Origin: an uncultured Gammaproteobacteria bacterium
GTDB taxonomy: Bacteria; Patescibacteriota; Microgenomatia; UBA10105; UBA927
Assembly (NCBI GenBank): GCA_964449585.1
Contig: CAYUZE010000001.1
Span: 140,142-204,141, forward strand
DNA length: 64,000 bases
Direction of reading: 5' to 3'
Both the position numbers and the translations under genes were made by a program. The notes under the pieces were generated by a model, which did no database searches, had not been told where the DNA came from, and saw only the letters and a program-made list of their open reading frames with translations. Positions 27,554 to 37,038 of this stretch are shown here, piece by piece; position 1 is the stretch's first letter; each line of letters begins with the position of its first letter.

Positions 27554-28069
27554 ATGCAACAAGCCGGTTCTCCGATGCGTAAAGATGAGGAAGTATATGC
27601 GACGTGGAGTTCTCCTTCGCGGCTGTTTAAAAAGCGCGACCGTGAGTTTTTTGTCAATATTTTTGCCATCGTCTTTCTTTTGTCGGTCATCCTCGTGTTT
27701 GTGCGAGAATTTGTGCTTATTGCGACCGTTCTCTCGATCGTTTTCTTAATTTATGTGCTTTCTACCGTTCCTCCCGAAGAAATGCGCCATCGGGTGACCA
27801 GCTTGGGAATCGAAAGCGGCGGACATTTTTACCGATGGGAAGAGTGTGCCGATTTTTGGTTTGAAGAGCAATGGGGACAAACAATACTGGTGTTACGCCT
27901 TTTTATGGCTCCCCGGGTGATCATACTCTTGGGGGATCAACCGAAGGATAAACTGCGCGAATATGTCGCAAAATATATTCCGTATAGGGAACAGCCGGAT
28001 CGCACGTGGGTTGATAATGCCGCCCGATGGATAAGCGAAAAGATTCCATTGGAAAAGCCGCAAGCATAG
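27554..28069 (+). CDS. Conserved two-TM membrane protein with PH-like C-terminus
   Basis: WSSPSR.FKKR, two TM helices, GI....FY.W....FW. Confidence 0.7.
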   Translation: MQQAGSPMRKDEEVYATWSSPSRLFKKRDREFFVNIFAIVFLLSVILVFVREFVLIATVLSIVFLIYVLSTVPPEEMRHRVTSLGIESGGHFYRWEECADFWFEEQWGQTILVLRLFMAPRVIILLGDQPKDKLREYVAKYIPYREQPDRTWVDNAARWISEKIPLEKPQA

Positions 28070-28109
28070 CGTGGCCGGGCACGTTTGTTGTACAATACGG
28101 AAGGTATTC

Positions 28110-28181
28110 GCGCCCATAGTTCAATGGATAGAATAGGAGCTTGCGGAGCTTCTGATACAGGTTCGACTCCTGTTGGGCGTA
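28110..28181 (+). tRNA. tRNA-Arg(GCG)
   Basis: GCGCCCA/TGGGCGT acceptor, GGAGC-TTGCGGA-GCTTC anticodon arm, A20, TTCGACT T-loop. Confidence 0.92.
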
Positions 28182-28191
28182 CACGAGATTT

Positions 28192-28536
28192 ATGTCTTCC
28201 CGTTTTTTTATTGCCCTAGGGATCCTCTTTTGTGCTGCGGCCGGCATCGTTACGCTTTGGAGGCAGCCGTTCATAATATCATTGCTTCTTATCGCGTTAA
28301 CGCTTCTTAAGCGCCGGCTATTGCCCATTAAACGAGAGTTTCTCTGGTATATGGGACTTACCTTCGGAGGCGCGATTGTGGAAGTGGTGATGGTCAATAT
28401 CGGCGGCGGATGGAGGTACGCCAAACCGCAGTTTCTCAATATCCCGCTCTGGATGCCGTTATTTTGGGGACTCGTTGGCACGACGGTGATCGTGCTTTAT
28501 AGGGAATTAATCGGGAGACATTCATCGGATTTTTGA
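28192..28536 (+). CDS. Small membrane protein (DUF2878-like)
   Basis: Four TM segments, G.W.Y..P and IPLWMPLFWG. Confidence 0.65.
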   Translation: MSSRFFIALGILFCAAAGIVTLWRQPFIISLLLIALTLLKRRLLPIKREFLWYMGLTFGGAIVEVVMVNIGGGWRYAKPQFLNIPLWMPLFWGLVGTTVIVLYRELIGRHSSDF

Positions 28537-28543
28537 TACGTCT

Positions 28544-28978
28544 ATGAAGATTGCCGTATGCGGAAGCCTTACCTTTCACCACGAGATGCGCGAAGTGGAA
28601 AAAGCGCTGCGTTCTCTTGGCCATACGCCGCTTGTTCCCAAAAGCCTCGATCTTATCGATACACATGGATTTAAAAAACCGGAGACGGTGAGCGAACGCC
28701 TTGCCGCGGAAAATCACTATGATTTTATCCGAGAGCATTTCCGAAAAATTGAACAGGCGGAAGCAGTACTTGTAGTGAATCCCCCGAAAAACGGCATAGA
28801 AGGATATATAGGAGGGAACACTTTTCTTGAGATGGGAATAGGATTTTATCTGGGGAAAAAACTGTATGTGCTGTGTGCGCTTCCTCGTATGGGGTATGAA
28901 CTTGAGCTTGCAAGCATGCGTCCCACGGTGATTGGTGGAATTGCCAACCTCTCCATTATTGGCGCTGACGGGGTTTGA
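28544..28978 (+). CDS. Nucleoside 2-deoxyribosyltransferase-like protein, paralog 1
   Basis: I.VCGS..F, HFRKIE...VLVVN, GYIG.NTFLEMG..F.LGK. Confidence 0.7.
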   Translation: MKIAVCGSLTFHHEMREVEKALRSLGHTPLVPKSLDLIDTHGFKKPETVSERLAAENHYDFIREHFRKIEQAEAVLVVNPPKNGIEGYIGGNTFLEMGIGFYLGKKLYVLCALPRMGYELELASMRPTVIGGIANLSIIGADGV

Positions 28979-29034
28979 AGTATAATACGGGAGCACTAAC
29001 GTACCGGATATACCGGCACAGCCCTAAGTTGCAT

Positions 29035-29121
29035 GGAAGGATGCCGGAGCGGCTAAACGGCCAGGTCTCGAAAACCTTGGGGGTCGAAAGGCCCACGCGA
29101 GTTCAAATCTCGCTCCTTCCG
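29035..29121 (+). tRNA. tRNA-Ser(CGA)
   Basis: GGAAGGA/TCCTTCC acceptor, CTCGAAA anticodon loop, long variable arm, TTCAAAT T-loop. Confidence 0.92.
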
Positions 29122-29144
29122 CCGATAGTTATTGAAGTTTCACT

Positions 29145-29561
29145 ATGACAATTACCATTTGCGGCAGCATGCAGTTTCATAAGGAAATGGCCGTGATGCG
29201 GGATGCCCTGAAAGCAAGAGGGTATCGTGTTTTCGTGCCAGGAGAACTCGACGATATTCACAAAAATGAATCCTATATGGATTCCGACGAAGAACGAATT
29301 ACCGTAAAAATCGAATACGACTTTATCCGCGAACACTTTCGCAAAATTGAACAGTCGGATGCGATCCTTATCGTTAACTACGAAAAAAAAGGAATCCCCG
29401 GTTATATAGGCGGCAACACCTTCCTTGAAATGGGGTATGCCTTCGGTTTAGGAAAAAAGGTGTATTTGCTGTATCCGGTTCCCGATATGGACTACAAAAC
29501 GGAAATGCACGCAATCCAGCCTCTTGTTTTGGACGGCGACATAGCGCGCATCGGCGACTAA
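29145..29561 (+). CDS. Nucleoside 2-deoxyribosyltransferase-like protein, paralog 2
   Basis: Same motif set as 28544..28978. Confidence 0.7.
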   Translation: MTITICGSMQFHKEMAVMRDALKARGYRVFVPGELDDIHKNESYMDSDEERITVKIEYDFIREHFRKIEQSDAILIVNYEKKGIPGYIGGNTFLEMGYAFGLGKKVYLLYPVPDMDYKTEMHAIQPLVLDGDIARIGD

Positions 29562-31645
29562 GGTTGTACTTCCGCGCCGTTTCTTGCCTCAATCGAGAGC
29601 AGTGTACGGATGACCGTCCCTGAGGTATCTTTAAGTACAATGTTCCCCCCGTTAAATCCTTTAAGTTCATTATTTTTTACTTTTTCGACGCCGGAAATAC
29701 CATCATAACTATTGGTGGAATACAGGTAACTGCAGCATTCGTCATACAGCGTGTTATGCAGGTTGCCGATATCTACGATTGCGTTGGGATACGTTATCCG
29801 GGTGAATGCCGGGGTGAACGATACGCCGCTTACCGTTGCAAGTGCCGCGATATTAGGATCATTCATGAGGTGTGGCATGACACCGATTGCTACCGGCACG
29901 TTCGGGCGGGTATTACCGACGATGCGCTGATGGAGTGCCACTTTCGGCACGCGTCCGCCGAAGATGGTTTCCAAAAGTGAGAGCAATCGTTCTTCTTCTT
30001 CCTGTTTTCGCAACGCCGGGGTAACCCACACGGTGGATCCTAGTACATCTTCGGCAAGCGGTTTTTTATCGCTGCCGACGATGGCGCCGCGTTTTGCAGG
30101 AACGACCGTTGTTTCAAGTGTTGAACCGTCGGTATATCCTGGGATCAACATGTCCCATTGCCATTCAATTCGCCACCTATTTTGTTCGCGGATGAACGGA
30201 ATGGTGATCTTGTGGGTAAATTTACCTAATCGTCGGGTAAAAAATGTCGCATCGGCATAAAGCGTAAATGTGTTGTTATCTTCGTGTATGCCGGGGACGA
30301 TAGGATCCAAAAGAATTTGTTCAATCTCTCCGCCGTCCATAAGCATCATTCCCTGTCGACGAAAATCCTCGCGGCTTACCCGACTTTTGCTTTCGGTTGT
30401 TAGGTGTTCATACAAATCGGCAAAAAACTTATTATGTATTTCATACATCACTAAATTGACGGTATTCGTCGACGGCGGAAAAAGTATCGGGAGAGACGAT
30501 GCGATATTTGCGATTGTCATAACGCTAAGAACGAAAAATAACACTCCCCTTTTTGTTTGTGAAAGCGCCGCACCGCCCGAGATGTACAGCAACGGAAGGA
30601 CAAGAACGAGATATCTGGTCCAAAAAGGAATTACCGCGTAAACGACGACCATACAAAGCGCCGCACCAGAAATCAAAAGCAGGGGAGAGTGGTAATTTTT
30701 TTTTCGTAATCCCGCGATGAACGTAAGGATACTTAAAAGAAACACAAAACCCCAGGTTGGGCTCCATTCACTGGCACGTTCCCAAAAATGGGTAAACAGA
30801 TTTTGGTATTGTCCGGTAAAAAGTGTTGCGATACTGCTCCCCCATGTCGGAGATATATTGCTGCCTCGATAAAAAGAAATCATCCATTTCTGTAATTTCA
30901 GCCATTCAATAATGGAGTGGCCCTGAATGAAATACCAGGTATAGGGGATGAGATATCCCGACACAGCCCCGATGATAAATGCCATGATGAGCCGCCAATT
31001 TTTTGTACGCTGCCAGAAATAATATACGCCGATTCCTCCCAATACCGGGGCAAAGATCGGCAATTTCACCTCGGCAAACAGCCCAAGCACAACGCCCGAC
31101 AGTCCTGCTCCGAGAAAATTTCGACGGACGTTGCCGGAAGTGAGCGAAAACAACGACAAAAAGAAAAGCACCACGGTGAGTGCCTGCAACGCATCCATCA
31201 TGGTGAGCGTGAATTGATTGGTAATCAAAGGATCGGTAGCCAGTAATAAGGCAACCCAAAAAGCGGATACCGAGTTGCCTAAAAGTTTCTTGGTCAAGAG
31301 AAATGTGGTAACGACAAGGAGGGAGGTTGTAATAAATCCGTAAAGATAGCCGTTCCCCAATAGCACGATACTTGCCCCGATGAGATATTTTCCCAGCGGA
31401 GGAACCTCGGCATTTGCACTTAAGAGATCTCCCCCTCGAATGAGACGATACCCCTCGTAGAGGTAAAGACCATCGTCGCCTATGACGCGGGGGGATAACG
31501 GTAACTTCCAGTGTGACTGTTCATACTTGTCTTGCCAATACGGCTCGTCAAAATGAGAAAAAAGTTGCGCCCTATTTGCAAAGACCACAAGAGTGAAATA
31601 ACAAAAAAGGAGAACCGAGAGGATGGTACGAATACCTTTTTTCAT
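29558..31645 (-). CDS. GT-C/PMT-like glycosyltransferase fused to MecA N-terminal NTF2-like and PBP dimerisation domains
   Basis: DD..Y, EVPPLGKYLIG and many TM helices, then WRIEW....LIP, PAKRGAI...KKPLAED, GISGVEK...ELKG.NGG; the ORF ends before any transpeptidase domain. Confidence 0.7.
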   Translation of the reverse strand: MKKGIRTILSVLLFCYFTLVVFANRAQLFSHFDEPYWQDKYEQSHWKLPLSPRVIGDDGLYLYEGYRLIRGGDLLSANAEVPPLGKYLIGASIVLLGNGYLYGFITTSLLVVTTFLLTKKLLGNSVSAFWVALLLATDPLITNQFTLTMMDALQALTVVLFFLSLFSLTSGNVRRNFLGAGLSGVVLGLFAEVKLPIFAPVLGGIGVYYFWQRTKNWRLIMAFIIGAVSGYLIPYTWYFIQGHSIIEWLKLQKWMISFYRGSNISPTWGSSIATLFTGQYQNLFTHFWERASEWSPTWGFVFLLSILTFIAGLRKKNYHSPLLLISGAALCMVVVYAVIPFWTRYLVLVLPLLYISGGAALSQTKRGVLFFVLSVMTIANIASSLPILFPPSTNTVNLVMYEIHNKFFADLYEHLTTESKSRVSREDFRRQGMMLMDGGEIEQILLDPIVPGIHEDNNTFTLYADATFFTRRLGKFTHKITIPFIREQNRWRIEWQWDMLIPGYTDGSTLETTVVPAKRGAIVGSDKKPLAEDVLGSTVWVTPALRKQEEEERLLSLLETIFGGRVPKVALHQRIVGNTRPNVPVAIGVMPHLMNDPNIAALATVSGVSFTPAFTRITYPNAIVDIGNLHNTLYDECCSYLYSTNSYDGISGVEKVKNNELKGFNGGNIVLKDTSGTVIRTLLSIEARNGAEVQP

Positions 31646-31695
31646 GTGATCCCATTCTAGCAGAGTGCATAAAAGGGCGGTATAATACGCTTATT

Positions 31696-31770
31696 GCTCT
31701 CGTAGTTCAATGGATAGAATGCGGCCCTCCGAAGGCTGTGATATGGGTTCGACTCCCGTCGAGAGTACCA
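31696..31770 (+). tRNA. tRNA-Arg(CCG)
   Basis: GCTCTCG/CGAGAGT acceptor, CTCCGAA anticodon loop, encoded CCA; TATAAT at 31681. Confidence 0.93.
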
Positions 31771-31788
31771 AAACGCTATACTACCCAT

Positions 31789-32385
31789 ATGGATGATCAA
31801 AAAAGACTTACCCATCTTATCTACGAAGCCGCCAACGTGAAGCGGATGCTTCGTACCGGATGGCAGCGGCTGGGAGACAACGAAGAAGGCGTCGGGGAAC
31901 ATTCGTTTATGACCGCGGTTATCGCTTATTTTTTGGCAAAGGAAATTAACGCATCCGATAATCCAGAACGGAAGGTTTCAATGGAAAAAGTATTGATCAT
32001 GAGCATTTTTCATGACTTCCATGAAGGGCGGACGGGCGAAATGGATAAAATGGCAAAACGTTATATGACACGCCATGAGGATAAGGCAAATACGGATATA
32101 TTCCAGGGTGTGGATGATGCGCTCCTTGCGACATTGAATGAATACGAGGAAAAGCAGACGCTTGAGGCACAAATCGTCTACGAGGCAAATGTTATCGCCT
32201 TTGGTGTCGAATGCCGTATTCTCATGGAAAAAGGCAATTCCCATGCAAAGGAATGGATGGACGCGAACTCACTCCGTGTCCGACTTCCCGAATCAGTTGC
32301 CCTCATGCGCGCGCTTGCGGATACCGATTCGCAGGACTGGTGGAAAGATATTCGCGATGCTATCCACGAAGAATTCGCAAAATAG
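31789..32385 (+). CDS. HD-domain hydrolase (YfbR/5'-deoxynucleotidase-like)
   Basis: KR..RTGW, E.VGEHSF, FHDFHEGRTG. Confidence 0.85.
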   Translation: MDDQKRLTHLIYEAANVKRMLRTGWQRLGDNEEGVGEHSFMTAVIAYFLAKEINASDNPERKVSMEKVLIMSIFHDFHEGRTGEMDKMAKRYMTRHEDKANTDIFQGVDDALLATLNEYEEKQTLEAQIVYEANVIAFGVECRILMEKGNSHAKEWMDANSLRVRLPESVALMRALADTDSQDWWKDIRDAIHEEFAK

Positions 32386-33259
32386 CTTTGTGTGAGGCAA
32401 GGATAAGTCCGGTAACCACAATACCGCTTCCGAGAATAAAAATCGCGTTCAGTCGCTCGCCAAGGATAACAATAGACAATCCGACACTGATGACCAGTTG
32501 AATATAATCTTTGAGCGACGCAGTGGTTGCGGAAATATGTTTAATGACCCATTGAAATATTCCGAACGTGACGACGGTGACGGGAATCGCGGCATACAGT
32601 AACAGGAAAAAATATGAGGGAGTAAAGATCGCATCCGAAACAAACGTCTGACCGGTTGCTACCGCCATTACCAAACTAAACAATGCCAAAGTAAGAAAAT
32701 TAATTTCTGTCATCACCACGGGTGAAAAAGTTTCCTGCGAAATAAATTTTCGGGATCCTACCAGGTACAGTGTCCAGCTTACGACGGAAAGTAAAATAAG
32801 AAGATTTCCGGTGATGCTGCCGCCTATACTCCGGCCTTCGTTCCAAAGCGGGAGAAGAATAATGATGAGTGTGCCGATAAGGCCCACGATTACCCCCAGT
32901 ATTTTCTCTTTGTGGGTCCGTTCGCCGATGAGGAAATGAGAAAAAAGCGCGGTGAGAAGCGGAGTGCTGGTGTTGATAACAGAAGCGGCGCTTGCGGAAG
33001 TATGCACGATGCCGAGATAAAAAAATAAGGCGTTCCCGATACTTAGTAAGCTAAAGGGAATAAGCGTGCGCCACGTGTTCTTTGGTTTGTGTGCCCGCAA
33101 AAACCAGGGAAGAAAAATAATTGAAGCAAGTCCGAACCGGTAGAACAGGAGCACGTAGGGATGAAGCTCGGCAATAAGCATCTTGGCCGTAACACCTGCC
33201 GTTCCCCACAATACCGAGACGAGCAGCAGTCCCAGGAAAGCCTTTCTTCGTACACTCAT
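32360..33259 (-). CDS. EamA/DMT family transporter
   Basis: About 10 TM helices in two EamA repeats (LWG, RF..A, LIGER, ILGERL). Confidence 0.9.
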   Translation of the reverse strand: MSVRRKAFLGLLLVSVLWGTAGVTAKMLIAELHPYVLLFYRFGLASIIFLPWFLRAHKPKNTWRTLIPFSLLSIGNALFFYLGIVHTSASAASVINTSTPLLTALFSHFLIGERTHKEKILGVIVGLIGTLIIILLPLWNEGRSIGGSITGNLLILLSVVSWTLYLVGSRKFISQETFSPVVMTEINFLTLALFSLVMAVATGQTFVSDAIFTPSYFFLLLYAAIPVTVVTFGIFQWVIKHISATTASLKDYIQLVISVGLSIVILGERLNAIFILGSGIVVTGLILASHKAILRILRG

Positions 33260-33311
33260 TCGGTGATTATAGCACCGTGTTGAGCCCCCATGATGGTATA
33301 ATAAGGCATCT

Positions 33312-33394
33312 GGAGGAGTGGCCCAGCGGCTACGGCACGCGCTTGGAAAGCGCGCGGGAGCAATCCCACGCAGGTTCGAGTCCTGTCTCCTCCG
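33312..33394 (+). tRNA. tRNA-Ser(GGA)
   Basis: GGAGGAG/CTCCTCC acceptor, CGCGC-TTGGAAA-GCGCG anticodon arm; TGGTATAAT upstream. Confidence 0.93.
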
Positions 33395-33506
33395 CAGATG
33401 AACATCGATGCATTGATTTTTACCTTGCCGGCACGGCAATTCCCCCACAACTCAACGGCATGCCGTTGTGATAGAAAATGTAGTATCTCTCAAAACGGAT
33501 GACGCT

Positions 33507-34769
33507 ATGAGTACGCAGAATGAACCGGTTGATGTAATCATTATCGGCGGCGGCCCGGCGGGAATGATGGCCGCACTTTCCGTACGGCAACACCACCCTG
33601 ACTATTCGATCATCATTTTAGATCGCACGTTCGAGCTGGGGCGAAAGTTCTTAACGTCCGGTGCCGGACGAGGTAACCTTACAAACGTCAATTTGGCGAA
33701 TGGTCCGAACGGATATTTTCACGGCGATCAGGCACTTATTTCCTCCGTTTTTTCACGATTCGGCTATCGTGATATCATGAAATTTTTTGAAGAGCTCGGC
33801 ATTCCCACCTATGAGGAAAAGAAAACGAGCCGAGGAAAAATTTTTCCCACTATTGATCATGCCAAAACGGTGCGCGACGTGCTCGTTGATGCGCTTCTCG
33901 AAAAAAACATCCGTATTGTTACGAACGTCGCAATTCAGACAATAACGCGCGGAAACAGCGGCTGGGAACTTGCGACGGCAGGCACCGTGTATATCGGAAA
34001 AGCAATAATTATGACTCCGGGCGGACAAACCTATCCCGCCCTCGGGGCGGATGGATCAGGATATACGCTTGCGGCATCAGTGGGGCATACGATTATTCCC
34101 CCGGTCGTTACGGCGGTTCCCGTGGTTGCTAAAAATCCACTTTCACACTATATGCAGGGAGAAAAAATGCTGATGCAGGCAACCAGCATCATCGGGGGCG
34201 AGGCAAAAACCACTGCGATTGGAGACGTCATGTTCACCCAATACGGATTTTCGGGACCGGCAATTTTTGATATCAGCCACGATTTTTCGGTTCGTATCAA
34301 TAGAGAAAATCGGAAAGATACCTCGGTGATATTGTCATTTTTCCCGGGAAAAACAAAGGAAGAAGTCAGACAAATTATCGAAAAACGGCTCTCCCTCCAC
34401 GGATCAATGCCGGTTGCGCATAGCCTTTGGGGTTTATTTACGCAAAAGACTTCTGCGGCAATATGCGCGGTGGCCGGCTTGCCGAAAGAATTACTCGCGA
34501 AAGACATGAATCATGAGGATCAGGACAAACTCCTTACGGTGCTTACCGAATATATTTCGGATGTGTCCGATACCCGTGGGTGGAATGAGGGCGAATTCAC
34601 GGCAGGGGGGGTGGATACCGATGAAATTGATCACCGGACACTTATGTCAAAAAAGGCGCCAAATGTGTATTTGGCGGGGGAAATTCTGAATGTGGATGGA
34701 CAGGTCGGCGGATTTAATTTATCCTGGGCTTGGGCAACCGGTTGGATCGCCGGTCAACTGGGAACGTAA
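33507..34769 (+). CDS. HI0933/BaiN family flavoprotein
   Basis: IIGGGPAGMMAA, GRK...SG.GR.N.TN, TAGGV, GEILNVDG..GGFNL..AW.TG. Confidence 0.92.
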   Translation: MSTQNEPVDVIIIGGGPAGMMAALSVRQHHPDYSIIILDRTFELGRKFLTSGAGRGNLTNVNLANGPNGYFHGDQALISSVFSRFGYRDIMKFFEELGIPTYEEKKTSRGKIFPTIDHAKTVRDVLVDALLEKNIRIVTNVAIQTITRGNSGWELATAGTVYIGKAIIMTPGGQTYPALGADGSGYTLAASVGHTIIPPVVTAVPVVAKNPLSHYMQGEKMLMQATSIIGGEAKTTAIGDVMFTQYGFSGPAIFDISHDFSVRINRENRKDTSVILSFFPGKTKEEVRQIIEKRLSLHGSMPVAHSLWGLFTQKTSAAICAVAGLPKELLAKDMNHEDQDKLLTVLTEYISDVSDTRGWNEGEFTAGGVDTDEIDHRTLMSKKAPNVYLAGEILNVDGQVGGFNLSWAWATGWIAGQLGT

Positions 34770-34778
34770 GATAGTTCA

Positions 34779-35342
34779 ATGAAAAAAGTAAAAAAAACAG
34801 TCCAAACAAGACAATCAATACTTCCGTTGCTTGTCGGAGGTGCGGGTATCGTTCTGGTGCTTCTCTGCATTCGAGCATACATCTTAAAAACTACCGCATC
34901 GGTTGTCCCGCCCGCTATTGAAAAGGTGAGCAACTATCGAAGTCAGGACGGAGACCTCATGCTTTCGCTTCCCGAGCCGCTTTACGTTACGGAATCCGCC
35001 GCCCGGCAAGACGGATTAACCGTGGGGAGTATCGTTATCTCCTCCTCACCGGGTGGTGACGAGGCAATCAGTAGTCTTACCATTCGATATGGGATTCCCT
35101 TTATCGAAGGAAAGGGAGGCGCGTGTGCGGATGAAAACGGGACCTATTGGAAAAAAGAGAAGATATTAAGCGCGTTGATCGATGTGTGCGAGCGTGAACA
35201 AAGTCTGCATGCGGGATATCCGAAGCACCCGGTAAAACAGATTGAATATGCTTTTTTTATCGGGGGTAGCGGCATAACACCCCGGGATTTTGCTCTCTAC
35301 AAGGAGATACTTATCAACGGTCTTACCTTTATTTCTCGGTGA
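34779..35342 (+). CDS. Hypothetical membrane-anchored protein
   Basis: N-terminal TM helix plus a soluble domain. Confidence 0.6.
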   Translation: MKKVKKTVQTRQSILPLLVGGAGIVLVLLCIRAYILKTTASVVPPAIEKVSNYRSQDGDLMLSLPEPLYVTESAARQDGLTVGSIVISSSPGGDEAISSLTIRYGIPFIEGKGGACADENGTYWKKEKILSALIDVCEREQSLHAGYPKHPVKQIEYAFFIGGSGITPRDFALYKEILINGLTFISR

Positions 35343-35487
35343 TATATACCGAAGCATACCGATGTGTAGGTTGAAGTGATACAAAATGAACGGGAACGAA
35401 TTTTTACGGATTCTATCACGCAAAGAATTTCTTATTTCGAAGTAGTAAGGAGTGAATATCTCTGCGAAGGATTAACGCCGCATTCGG

Positions 35488-36966
35488 TTAAATCGCCTCA
35501 TAAAAATTCGAGCAAAATTCTTCAATGTCTTTTATTGTCGCGGGTGTAAGCTGAAAGATTTGATAAAATTTTTTATCGAGCTTTGCCTGTATTGCAGAAA
35601 AATCGAAACCGGGTCTGGTGCGAAGGTTCTTCACGAGTGCCGCTACCGTCAAGGCAATTTTTTTCTTTTCTGCGGCGGGAGGCTCCTGATAAGGAAGGAG
35701 CCGAAGATAGTTTGCCGAAATATGATTCGTTCTGATAAGAACTTTGCGAGAAAAATACCAAGCAAGTTTTGTGTTTAACAGTCCGAGGGTATAAAAAAGA
35801 GTTTCTCGGTCGCGGAAAAAAAAGTTTGCATTTACCCCGAAAAGACAGTTTTTCGGAAGATATGCGGCGGAAAATCTGACACCGACGGATGAACAGGTAA
35901 TTCCTTCCTTAAAAAAGAATTTTTCGTTGCGGACGAGGTAATTCGCTACGGTTCTTTGATACTTTTCATAATTTCTTTCGATAAAAAATTCCGGTTGATA
36001 GTAGTACGCCCTGCGTGCACCGTTCTTAAAATATGGAACCCACTGTTTGTTATTTTGCACCTCCTCACGGCGCCTAAGAAACCGTTTATCGTTTCCGGTT
36101 GATATCCCCGTTCCTCCCATGACAATATCGCCGAGACGGGCAGACGGATGAAGGTACATGTCCCGTATCTGCGGGGACACACCGATCAAAAACGCCCCGT
36201 TAGGATAATGGGTGAATTCATCCTGTTTAATATACTCAACGCGTTGCGGATGCAGGTAATCATCTTCGGTATGTACCCGATCGACAAGTCTTATCGGAGG
36301 CATTGATGTGCGCTTCGAAGAAATGGTCTCTCCTTCCATTTTTTTAGTTGCGGTAAGAATACAGGTGCGAACATCAGCAGATCTTCCGTGAAACAGTTTC
36401 CATGGAGCCAACAGCAATTCATGCATCTGTGTATTTCGTAAGAGAAACAGTCGAAAACTTTTATAATAACTGTTCGTAAGAAATGAATCGGAAAGAATCA
36501 TTGAAAAAATTCCGTTTTCCCGTAATGCATTGATTGCCCTGTAGGCAATCATGCTGTACGTGTTTTTTGCATCTATTTCCTTAAATTGTTCTTTTAGCCG
36601 TTTTCTGTTTTCCCGAACATAGTGTGATTCATCGCCGTTATAGGGGGGATTACCGACAATAAAATCGTAGGTTTCGGGAAACGGGTAGGTTGCGTCAAAT
36701 ACCCGAACATTTGGAAATTTTTTTCGGAGGGCATCCACTTTTTGTTCATCAATATCAAATCCGTATAAATCGTCGCGAGAAATTCCCGCCTGATGAAGTG
36801 CCGAAAGAAATATACCGTCACCGACGGCAGGGTCAAGGATCTTCATGCCCTTTCGGTATGAGGAGAGAACGTTATTGCAGATATACTCGACCGTTTTCAG
36901 CGGTGTTTCGTAAAATCCGTTGACCCGGTCTTTTCCTAACTGTTCTTGGGTAAATATCCGCGGCAT
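35488..36966 (-). CDS. Orphan N6-adenine DNA methyltransferase (gamma class, TaqI/Eco57I-like)
   Basis: G.YETP, LDPAVGDG.F, VGNPPY, then a TRD with GISTGND. Confidence 0.88.
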   Translation of the reverse strand: MPRIFTQEQLGKDRVNGFYETPLKTVEYICNNVLSSYRKGMKILDPAVGDGIFLSALHQAGISRDDLYGFDIDEQKVDALRKKFPNVRVFDATYPFPETYDFIVGNPPYNGDESHYVRENRKRLKEQFKEIDAKNTYSMIAYRAINALRENGIFSMILSDSFLTNSYYKSFRLFLLRNTQMHELLLAPWKLFHGRSADVRTCILTATKKMEGETISSKRTSMPPIRLVDRVHTEDDYLHPQRVEYIKQDEFTHYPNGAFLIGVSPQIRDMYLHPSARLGDIVMGGTGISTGNDKRFLRRREEVQNNKQWVPYFKNGARRAYYYQPEFFIERNYEKYQRTVANYLVRNEKFFFKEGITCSSVGVRFSAAYLPKNCLFGVNANFFFRDRETLFYTLGLLNTKLAWYFSRKVLIRTNHISANYLRLLPYQEPPAAEKKKIALTVAALVKNLRTRPGFDFSAIQAKLDKKFYQIFQLTPATIKDIEEFCSNFYEAI

Positions 36967-37038
36967 CGTATGGTACTTTCGGAGTGTACCCTTGAGGAAG
37001 AAGCGAAACAAGAGGCGAGTGTTGGGAGAGCAACAGGG

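Noticed and set aside
27921-28481. 186-aa minus-strand ORF, and N-terminal extensions of ORFs 31738 and 33448
   Set aside because: They run through tRNA genes (YAQQESNL, RRRQDSNLR signatures); starts were reassigned.
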